Shown here piece after piece: positions 9,987 through 19,620 of a stretch of 64,000 nt of DNA; position 1 is the stretch's first letter; each line of letters begins with the position of its first letter. Below the pieces are notes generated by a model, which saw nothing but the letters and a program-made list of their open reading frames with translations, did not search any database and had not been told where the DNA came from. The position numbers and the translations under genes are program-made. Source of the stretch: Mobula hypostoma (lineage: Eukaryota); NCBI RefSeq assembly GCF_963921235.1, contig NC_086109.1:62001-126000 (forward strand). Reading direction: 5' to 3'.

Positions 9987-12722
9987 AGGAGGGATAGACA
10001 TGAAAGAAAAGGAGGTGGGGTGGCGATGCTGGTTAAAGAGGAGGTTAACGCAATAGAAAGGAAGGACATAAGCCGGGAAGATGTGGAATCGATATGGGTA
10101 GAGCTGCGTAACACTAAGGGGCAGAAAACGCTGGTGGGAGTTGTGTACAGGCCACCTAACAGTAGTAGTGAGGTCGGAGATGGTATTAAACAGGAAATTA
10201 GAAATGTGTGCAATAAAGGAACAGCAGTTATAATGGGTGACTTCAATCTACATGTGGATTGGGTGAACCAAATTGGTAAAGGTGCTGAGGAAGAGGATTT
10301 CTTGGAATGTATGCAGGATGGTTTTTTGAACCAACATGTCGAGGAACCAACTAGAGAGCAGGCTATTCTGGACTGGGTTTTGAGCAATGAGGAAGGGTTG
10401 ATTTAGCAATCTTGTCGTGAGAGGCCCCTTGGGTAAGAGTGACCATAATATGGTGGAATTCTTCATTAAGATGGAGAGTGACATAGTTAATTCAGAAACA
10501 AAGGTTCTGAACTTAAAGAGGGGTAACTTTGAAGGTATGAGACGTGAACTAGCTAAGATAGACTGGCAAATGACATTTAAAGGATTGACGGTGGATATGC
10601 AATGGCAAGCATTTAAAGGTTGCATGGATGAACTACAACAATTGTTCACCCCAGTTTGGCAAAAGAATAAATCAAGGAAGGTAGTGCACCCGTGGCTGAC
10701 AGGGGAAATTAGGGATAGTATCAATTCCAAAGAAGAAGCATACAAATTAGCCAGAAAAAGTGGCTCACCTGAGGACTGGGAGAAATTCAGAGTTCAGCAG
10801 AGGAGGACAAAGGGCTTAATTAGGAAGGGGAAAAAAGATTATGAGAGAAAACTGGCAGGGAAGATAAAAACTGACTGTAAAAGCTTTTATAGATATGTAA
10901 AAAGGAAAAGACTGGTAAAGACAAATGTAGGTCCCCTACAGACAGAAACAGGTGAATTGATTATGGGGAGCAAGGACATGGCAGACCAATTGAATAATCA
11001 CTTTGGTTCTGTCTTCACTAAGGAGGACATAAATAATCTTCCAGAAATAGTAGGAGACGGTGGGTCCAGTGAGATGGAGGAACTGAGCGAAATACATGTT
11101 AGTAGGGAAGTGGTGTTAGGTAAATTGAAGGCAGATAAATCCCCAGGGCCAGATGGTCTGCATCCCAGAGTGCTTAAGGAAGTAGCCCAAGAAATAGTGG
11201 ATGCATTAGTGATAATTTTTCAAAACTCGTTAGATTCTGGACTAGTTCCTGAGGATTGGAGGGTGGCTAATGTAACCCCACTTTTTAAAAAAGGAGGGAG
11301 AGAGAAACCGGGGAATTATAGACTGGTTAGCCTAACGTCGGTGGTGGGGAAACTGCTGGAGTCAGTTATCAAAGATGTGATAACAGCACATTTGGAAAGC
11401 GGTGAAATCATCGGACAAAATCAGCATGGATTTGTGAAAGGAAAATCATGTCTGACGAATCTCATAGAATTTTTTGAGGATGTAACTAGTAGAGTGGATA
11501 GGGGAGAACCAGTGGATGTGGTATATTTGGATTTTCAAAAGGCTTTTGACAAGGTCCCACACAGGAGATTAGTGTGCAAACTTAAAGCACACGGTATTGG
11601 GGGTATAGTATTGATGTGGATAGAGAATTGGTTAGCAGACAGGAAGCAAAGAGTGGGAATAAACGGGACCTTTTCAGAATGGCAGGCAGTGACTAGTGGG
11701 GTACCGCAAGGCTCAGTGCTGGGACCCCAGTTGTTTACAATATATATTAATGACTTGGATGAGGGAATTAAATGCAGCATCTCCAAGTTTGTGGATGACA
11801 TGAAGCTGGGTGGCAGTGTTAGCTGTGAGGAGGATGCTAAGAGGATGCAGAGTGACTTGGATAGGTTGGGTGAGTGGGCAAATTCATGGCAGATGCAATT
11901 TAATGTGGATAAATGTGAAGTTATCCACTTTGGTGGCAAAAATAGGAAAACAGATTATTATCTGAATGGTGGCTGATTAGGAAAAGGGGAGGTGCAACGA
12001 GACCTGGGTGTCATTATACACCAGTCATTGAAAGTGGGCATGCAGGTACAGCAGGCGGTGAAAAAGGCGAATGGTATGCTGGCATTTATAGCAAGAGGAT
12101 TCGAGTACAGGAGCAGGGAGGTACTACTGCAGTTGTACAAGGCCTTGGTGAGACCACACCTGGAGTACTGTGTGCAGTTTTGGTCCCCTAATCTGAGGAA
12201 AGACATCCTTGCCATGGAGGGAGTACAAAGAAGGTTCACCAGATTGATTCCTGGGATGGCAGGACTTTCATATGAAGAAAGACTGGATGAACTGGGCTTG
12301 TACTCGTTGGAATTTAGAAGATTGAGGGGGGATCTGATTGAAACGTATAAAATCCTAAAGGGGTTGGACAGGCTCGATGCAGGAAGATTGTTCCCGATGT
12401 TGAGGAAGTCCAGAACGAGGGGTCACAGTTTGAGGATAAAGGGGAAGCCTTTTAGGACCGAGATTAGGAAAAACTTCTTCACACAGAGAGTGGTGAATCT
12501 ATGGAATTCTCTGCCACAGGAAACAGTTGAGGTCAGTTCATCGGCTATATTTAAGAGGGAGTTAGATATGGCCCTTGTGGCTACGGGGATCAGGGGGTAT
12601 GGAGGGAAGGCTGGGGCAGGGTTCTGAGTTGGATGATTGGCCATGATCATAATAAATAGCGGTGCAGGTTCGAAGGGCCGAATGGCCTACTCCTGCACCT
12701 ATTTTCTATGTTTCTATGTTTC
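9987..12722 (+). mobile_element. Young 5'-truncated CR1-clade LINE (partial APE endonuclease + RT + 3'UTR)
   Basis: ORFs 9924..10406 (YRPPNS, IMGDFN), 10417..11976 (KSPGPDG, NYRx[33 protein letters not shown]) and 11992..12627. One frameshift and one TGA. Ends in a 3' hairpin (gggccgaatggcct) and a (tttctatg)n tail. Confidence 0.95.
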
Positions 12723-12724
12723 TT

Positions 12725-12875
12725 ACTAGCTCTTCTTTCAGTTAGTCCTGACGATGCGTCTCGGTCCGAAATGTCGACTGTAGCTCTTCCTAGAGATGCT
12801 GCCTGGCCTGCTGCGTTCACCAGCAAGTTTTATGTGTGTTGCTTGAATTTCCAGCATCTGCAGAATTCTTGTTGT
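12725..12875 (+). mobile_element. Penelope-like element 3' fragment with hammerhead motif
   Basis: agtc-CTGACGA-tgcgtctcggtcc-GAAAT-GTC-gact at ~12744-12779, then the family 3' end. Confidence 0.8.
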
Positions 12876-12982
12876 AAAGGAAATTATAGGCCAGTTAGCC
12901 TGACTTCAGTAGTTGGGAAGATGTTACTGTGTACTGTATTATTAAGGATGAGGTGTCAAAGTACTCAGAGACACATGATAAC

Positions 12983-13865
12983 ATAGAACAGTATAGCACA
13001 GTACAGGCCCTTCGGCCCACAATGTTGTGCCAACCCTTAAACCCTGCCTCCTATATAACCCCCCACCTTAAATTCCTCCATATACCTGTCTAGTAGTCTC
13101 TTAAACTTCACTAGTGCATCTGCCTCCACCACTGACTCAGGCAGTGCATTCCACGCACCAACCACTCTCCGAGTAAAAAACCTTCCTCTAATATCCCTCT
13201 TGAACTTCCCACCCCTTACCTTAAAGCCATGTCCTCTTGTATTGAGCAGTGGTGCCCTGGGGAAGAGGCACTGGCTATCCACTCTATCTATTCCTCTTAA
13301 TATCTTGTACACCTCTATCATGTCTCCTCTCATCCTCCTTCTCTCCAGAGAGTAAAGCTTTAGCTCCCTTAATCTCTGATCATAATGCATACTCTCTAAA
13401 CCAGGCAGCATCCTGGTAAATCTCCTCTGTACCCTTTCCAATGCTTCCACATCCTTCCTATAGTGAGGCGACCAGAACTGGACACAGTACTCCAAGTGTG
13501 GCCTAACCAGAGTTTTGTCGAGCTGCATCATTACCCCACGACACTTAAACTCTATCCCTCAATTTATCAAAGCTAACACCCCATAAGCTTTCTTAACAAT
13601 CCTATCTACCTGTGAGGCAACTTTCAGGGATCTGTGGACATGTACTCCCAGATCCCTCTGCTCCTCCACACTACCAAGTATCCTGCCATTTACTTTGTAC
13701 TCTGCCTTGGAGTTTGTCCTTCCAAAGTGTAGCACCTCACACTTCTCCCGGTTGAACTCCATCTGCCACTTCTCAGCCCACTTCTGCATCCTATCAATGT
13801 CCTCTGCAATCTTAGACAATCCTCTACACTATCCACAACACCACCAACCTTCGTGTCATCTGCAG
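12983..13865 (-). mobile_element. CR1-clade LINE 3' fragment nested in an older CR1 (12876-14040, +)
   Basis: ORFs 13037..13531 and 13559..13819 (LVRPHLEYCVQFWSPHY, WQMEFN). The older + strand CR1 remnants flank it. Confidence 0.9.
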
Positions 13866-14031
13866 AGAGACATTGAATGTTGTTTACTTAAATTTGCAGA
13901 AGGTACCACACATGAGGCTGCTTATCAAGCTACAGGCCAAGGTATTACAGGAAATATACTGGCACGGAGAGAAGAAAGCTGTCTGGGAGGAGGCAAAGGG
14001 TGGGAATATGTGTGGACTTTTCTGGTTGATT

Positions 14032-14712
14032 GCCAGTGACCAGTGGTGTTCCAGTGACCAGTGGAGTTCCAGTGACCAGTGGAGTTCCGGTGAGCAGTGG
14101 AGTTCCGGTGAGCAGTGGAGTTCTGGTGACCAGTGGTGTTCCAGTGACCACTGGAGTTCCAGTGACCAGTGGAGTTCCGGTGAGCAGTGGAGTTCTGGTG
14201 ACCAGTGGTGTTCCCGTGACCAATGGAATTCCAGTGGCCAGTGGTGTTCCCGTGACCAGTGGAGTTCCGGTGACCAGTGGAGTTCCGGTGAGCAGTGGAG
14301 TTCTGGTGACCAGTGGTGTTCCAGTGACCACTGGAGTTCTGGTGACCAGTGGAGTTCCGGTGAGCAGTGGAGTTCTGGTGACCAGTGGTGTTTCCGTGAC
14401 CAATGGAGTTCCAGTGACCAGTGGTGTTCCCGTGACCAGTGGAGTTCCAGTGACCAGTGGAGTTCCGGTGAGCAGTGGAGTTCTGGTGACCAGTGGTGTT
14501 CCAGTGACCACTGGAGTTCTGGTGACCAGTGGTGTTCCCGTGACCAATGGAATTCCAGTGGCCAGTGGTGTTCCCGTGACCAGTGGAGTTCCGGTGACCA
14601 GTGGTGTTCCAGTGACCACTGGAGTTCCAGTGACCAGTGGCGTTCCCGTGACCAGTGGAGTTCCGGTGACCACTGGAGTTCTGGTGACCAGTGGAGTTCC
14701 GGTGACCAGTGG
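14032..14712. repeat. 18-bp minisatellite (gtgaccagtggagttccg) derived from CR1 RT coding sequence
   Basis: About 37 copies. Translates to (PVTSGV)n in frame with the adjacent CR1 remnant. Confidence 0.95.
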
Positions 14713-14933
14713 CGTGCCGGAGCCTTTGGGTAGATTGTGAATCCTGGTGTTCTGTTAGTTTTAACCCTGCCACCCCTAACCCCTGTCCCAGGACATCCCG
14801 CTCCCACACTCTTTCTTACCCCTGGCCTGTGAGAGGGAGGACAGAGAGTGTGAGAAGGGAAGGTGTGGTGGGAGGGGTAGGGAGGGTGAGAATGTGGAGG
14901 GGCATACAGAGGCACGTTAGATGCTGCTCAGTC

Positions 14934-16748
14934 TTTATTGCTGAAGACCCGTACAGAGGTCATGACGTGAGCAAAGGTGGGAATCACCAAGTGGTCTTGC
15001 TGCACCAGGGGCAGGCGGGCGGGCTGTCTCTCTCTCTCCCTTTGTTGAAGTGGGATCTCTCACGCTCTCTATTTCTTTCCTCCAGAGTCGGGCATCTCTC
15101 TCTGAATCTCAGCTGGGTTCTGGGGAGAGGAAGAGGGAGAGGGAGGGGAAGAGACAACCCCATCGCCCTCATTCGTTGTTTCGCTAGTGCCTGGCCAGCT
15201 TGCTGATATGGGTGTTTGCCTTCCTGCAGACACTGCAGCTGAAGGGACTGTGCGCACAGCAAGGTCCCGCACCCACTGGTGACGTGCATCTGGCCAGCAG
15301 TGCCCAAGTCCTTGGCACAGTCAGGGTAAGTGAAGGAGAGGGTACGGGTGTGGAAGCTTATGGCGCAGCAGGGACACGGAAAGTAGTGCAAGGCACCTCC
15401 GGCACGGGCAACTGGCTGAAGTGCTTGCGACAGACACTGCGCTGGAAGGGCTGGTCGCTGGCGGGGACCCAGCAGTGGCGATGCGGGCCTCTGGTGACAC
15501 AAGAGCAGTTGGAGCAGGAGCCACACTGAAGTGGCCCGTTACCACTGGTGTCACTGCAGACTGCAGGCCCGGTTGAATTGAAGCTGGGCGGCAGTGTTAG
15601 CTGTGAGGAGGATGCTAAGAGGATGCAGGGTGACTTGGATAGGTTGGGTGAGTGGGCAAACTCATGGCAGATGCAATTTAATGTGGATAAATGTGAAGTT
15701 ATCCACTTTGGTGGCAAAAATAGGAAAACAGATTATTATCTGAATGGTGGCCGATTAGGAAAAGGGGAGGTGCAACGAGACCTGGGTGTCATTATACACC
15801 AGTCATTGAAAGTGGGCATGCAGGTACAGCAGGCGGTGAAAAAGGCGAATGGTATGCTGGCATTTATAGCAAGAGGATTCGAGTCCAGGAGCAGGGAGGT
15901 ACTACTGCAGTTGTACAAGGCCTTGGTGAGACCACACCTGGAGTATTGTGTGCAGTTTTGGTCCCCTAATCTGAGGAAAGACATCTTTGCCATAGAGGGA
16001 GTACAAAGAAGGTTCACCAGATTGATTCCTGGGATGGCTGGACTTTCATATGAAGAAAGACTGGATGAACTGGGCTTGTACTCGTTGGAATTTAGAAGAT
16101 TGAGGGGGGATCTGATTGAAACGTATAAGATCCTAAAGGGATTGGACAGGCTAGATGCAGGAAGATTGTTCCCGATGTTGGGGAAGTCCAGAACGAGGGG
16201 TCACAGTTTGAGGATAGAGGGGAAGCCTTTTAGGACCGAGATTAGGAAAAACTTCTTCACACAGAGAGTGGTGAATCTGTGGAATTCTCTGCCACAGCAA
16301 ACTGTTGAGGCCAGTTCATTGGCTATGTTTAAGAGGGAGTTAGATATGGCCCTTGTGGCTACAGGGGTCAGGGGGTATGGAGGGAAGGCTGGGGTGGGGT
16401 TCTGAGTTGGATGATCAGCCATGATCATAATAAATGGCGGTGCAGGCTCGAAGGGCCGAATGGCCTACTCCTGCACCTATTTTCTATGTTTCTATGTTTC
16501 TATGTTGCTTGGCACATGCGGGGCACTCACCCGTGTGCACCTGAAGCTTGGCACAGCAGCTGAAGACATGAGCGCGGATGGTGGAGTAAGAGTTGGGGGG
16601 GGGGGGCAGCCACCCTGTCCAGAAGCAGCCCTCCCCACTCCCCATCAACAGATCATCCAAGAGAACCTCCTGCTCCAGCACACTGCACCAGGTCCTGGGG
16701 TCAGTGGGCCGCGTCCTCCTGCTGATCAGACAGAGATGGTGTCAAACG
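14934..16748 (-). pseudogene. Decayed C2H2 zinc-finger gene (paralogue 2), split by a CR1 insertion
   Basis: Acceptor cccctcag| at 16751-16749. Remnants QVHTGECPACAKQ|FNST, LQCGSC, DQPFQRSVCRKHF, CPCCAISFH. AATAAA on the minus strand at 14934-14939. 5' and 3' flanks are homologous to paralogue 1. Confidence 0.75.
15580..16504 (+). mobile_element. Young CR1-clade LINE 3' fragment
   Basis: Nearly identical to 11803-12722. Ends in (tttctatg)3. Confidence 0.95.
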
Positions 16749-17342
16749 CTGAGGGGTAGGACAGGGGGTCACAGGGACACAGGGCAGTTGGATAACAGAA
16801 CTGACGTGGAACAGAGGAGAGAGAGTGGTTCATTTGGAACTGATGCAGCTCTGTGGGTACAGCGGGATGTGTTTGGGAAGTCGTGTCACGCTGTGGGGAC
16901 AGAACAGGTAGTTTCAGGTTGTTAGAGGACTCTGGGAGACTGGGGGCAGTGCAATTAATTTGAAATCATCTGAGAACTATGTGGCAAGACAATGGGGTAG
17001 TTGGATTAGTTTGAGACTGACATTTTAGGTGTCACATTTCCGAGGAGACATTGGATTGCACAGAGGGAGAGTGTGTTTAGAAGAAGCAAGCAGCACAATC
17101 AGCATATTTTGTGCGTTACTGTTCCTGAGACATTGTATTGTGCATAATTAGGCACTTGGCAAAGTCCAATGAAAAGAGGTTAGGATTAAGCACAGCAGCC
17201 AATGTGGGAGCGGCCACTGTGGGTGTGGGCCAATGCTAGAGTGGGGAGTTGAGGCTTTGGCTCATCAGGACTTCGGTGAGGAGAGGCGAAGGCCGTAAGT
17301 AGATTCTTTTTTGTTATTTATCCTTTAATTCTTCTTGCCCAT

Positions 17343-17569
17343 GTGCCTGGACCTACCCAAGGCCTCCGACTAAGAAAGGGCTGAGCTCGAAGAAGTGGCC
17401 ACGGCTGGAGGCCGACATGGCCTCGGGTTTGAGTTCAGCAGGGGCGGCAGCGGGCGGTGCCAAGGCGGCCAGTGAGAACAAACTGGTGGACAGGCTGTAC
17501 TCGGTGCAGTCGCAAGATCGAAGAAGATGGAGGTGTATAGCCGCGCACGCACTGACTGACTGAGTGATT
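17343..17569. other. GC-rich insertion of unknown origin flanked by 14-bp direct repeats
   Basis: ttcttcttgcccat (17329-17342) and ttcttcttgcacat (17570-17583) flank it. It ends in actgactgactgagtga. Confidence 0.55.
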
Positions 17570-18275
17570 TTCTTCTTGCACATTCAGAGCAGCGGGGATG
17601 CCAGACAGGATAGCAGAATGCTCTTCTTGTGGGAATTGGGAAGGCATGGATGCCTTCAGTGTTCCTGATGACAACACCTCAGGGCAGCTTCTAACAGACC
17701 ATGTTAAGCAGTTGGAGCTGGAAATGGATAAACTCTGAATCATTCAGGAGGCTGAAGGGGTGATAGATAGGACATACAGGGAGGTAGTTACACCCAAGGT
17801 GCAGGACACAGATAACTAGGTGACCATCAGGAGGAGAAAGAGGGATAGGCAGTCAGTCAGAGCACCCCTGTGGCCAACCCCTCAACAACAGGTATATCAC
17901 TTTGGATACTGTTGTGGGGGAATGACGGACAGAGGAAAATCACAGCAGTTATGTCTTTGGCACTGAGTTTGGTTCCGTGGCTCAGAAAGGAAGGGGGGAG
18001 AAGAGTCAAGCTGTGGTGATAGGGGGTTCATTAGTTACCGGAACCAAAAGAAGGTTCTATGGACAAGAACAGGATTCCTGGATGGTACTCTGCCTCCCGG
18101 GTGCCAGGGTCAGGGACATCTCAGATCGAATCCTTAGCCTTCTTAAGTGGAAGGGTGAACAGGGCATGGATCAACACTTGTAATTATGATATTGTAGCCA
18201 TTAACGAGACTTTTTGGGTATAACTGAGGAATAAAAAGATATGACCACGTAAATGGGATTATATTATAGGCCAAC

Positions 18276-18679
18276 CGTGGCTCAGAAAGGAAATTATTTC
18301 CTCTAATTTCCTTTGACTGTGCCATGGTTCCAACTGTTAATTTCCCAACTGCTTCTAATTTCCTTTGATGATGACACACCTGGTTTCCATCAGGACCTGC
18401 AGTATAAGAATCCCGGCGTTTCGAACCCTAGTTGCCAGATCGTTGGTCTTTTTCCTGTGTGATAACTAACGTTTCCCGACAGCTTAGAACTGTTTGTTCT
18501 AGGTTTAGCTCCGGTTTCAAGGTTTCCCTATGAGACTCCGTCTCTCTGAGTCAAGGCTCCGTGTCAAGATCCCTCCTGTTTGCTGTTCAGTGTTTAAGCC
18601 CGTGTAAGCATCCTAACTCGATCTCCGTGCCTGTGTCCTGCACTTGGGTTCACCTCATCCACCACATTCCATTGCAACA
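18276..18679 (+). mobile_element. Probable solo LTR (Gypsy-like)
   Basis: Interrupts the CR1 YYRPPNS codons. 5-bp duplication ccaac on both sides. Ends in ...GCAACA. Contains a TATA-like tataag and ctgcacttgggttc near the 3' end. The 5' end reads CG rather than TG. Confidence 0.45.
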
Positions 18680-19390
18680 CCAACAGTCCGTGGGATTTAG
18701 AGGAGCAAATTTGTAGACAATTTGCAGCACATCGCAAGAAACATAAGGTCATTATAGCAATTTCAAATTTCCACATGTTGAATGGGACTCTCATGGCTAA
18801 CATAAGGGGGCATAGCTTTAAGGTGCTTGAAATAGGTACCGAGGGGATGTCCGGGTAAGTTTTTCATACAGAGACTGATGGGTGTACGGAATACACTGCC
18901 AGTAATGGTGGCAAAGGGGATATGATAGGGTCTTTTAAGAGACTCTCAGATAGGTACATGGAGCTTAGAAAATAGAGTGCTATTCGTGAGGGAAATTCTA
19001 TGCAGTCTCTAGAGTAGGTTACATCGTCGGCTCTATATAGTTGGCCGAAGGGCCTGTAATGTGTTGTAGATTTCCATGTATTGTAAAAGAATTAGATGGG
19101 ACAAAGTTTGTCAAATGTATTCAGGAAAGTTTCAGTACATAGAAGTCCCAGTGAGAGAGTCTGCAATACTTGATCTCCTATTGGGGAGTGAGACAGGGCA
19201 GGTGACAGAAGTTTGTGGAGGGGAACACTTTGCACCTAGTGATCATTATGCCATTAGTTTCAAGGTAATTATGGAGAAGGATAGGTATGATCCTCAGGGT
19301 GAAATTCTAAATTGGAGAAAGGCCAATTTTGGTGGTATCAGAAAGGATCTAGCAAGCGTGGACTGGGACTAGCAGAGGTGTACTTGGTAA

Positions 19391-19620
19391 TCAAATCTCA
19401 AACAAGAGAAAATCTGCAGATGCTGGAAATCCGAGCAACACACACAAAATGCTGGAGGAACTCAGCAGGCCAGGCAGCATCTATAGAAACAAGTTCAGTC
19501 GACATTTCAGGCTGAAACCCTTCAGCAGTCCTGCCAAATGGTTTTGAGCCAAAACATCGACCGTACTTGTTTCCATAGACGCTGCCTGACCTGCTGGGTT
19601 CCTCCAGCATTTTATGTGTG
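19391..19620. mobile_element. Short fold-back Penelope-like element (older subfamily)
   Basis: Two inverted ~90-bp 3' termini meet at degenerate hammerhead motifs. Flanked by duplicated gtgtacttggtaa (19378-19390 and 19618-19630). Confidence 0.75.

Noticed and set aside
10417..11976. 519-aa RT ORF as an autonomous or domesticated gene
   Set aside because: 5'-truncated CR1 ORF2 with a frameshift and a premature stop. Near-identical fragments occur elsewhere in the window.
13873..14915. Repeat-protein-like ORFs (WSSGDQ/HWSPEL/VTGTPL repeats)
   Set aside because: Translations of an 18-bp tandem repeat open in several frames. No splice or start context.
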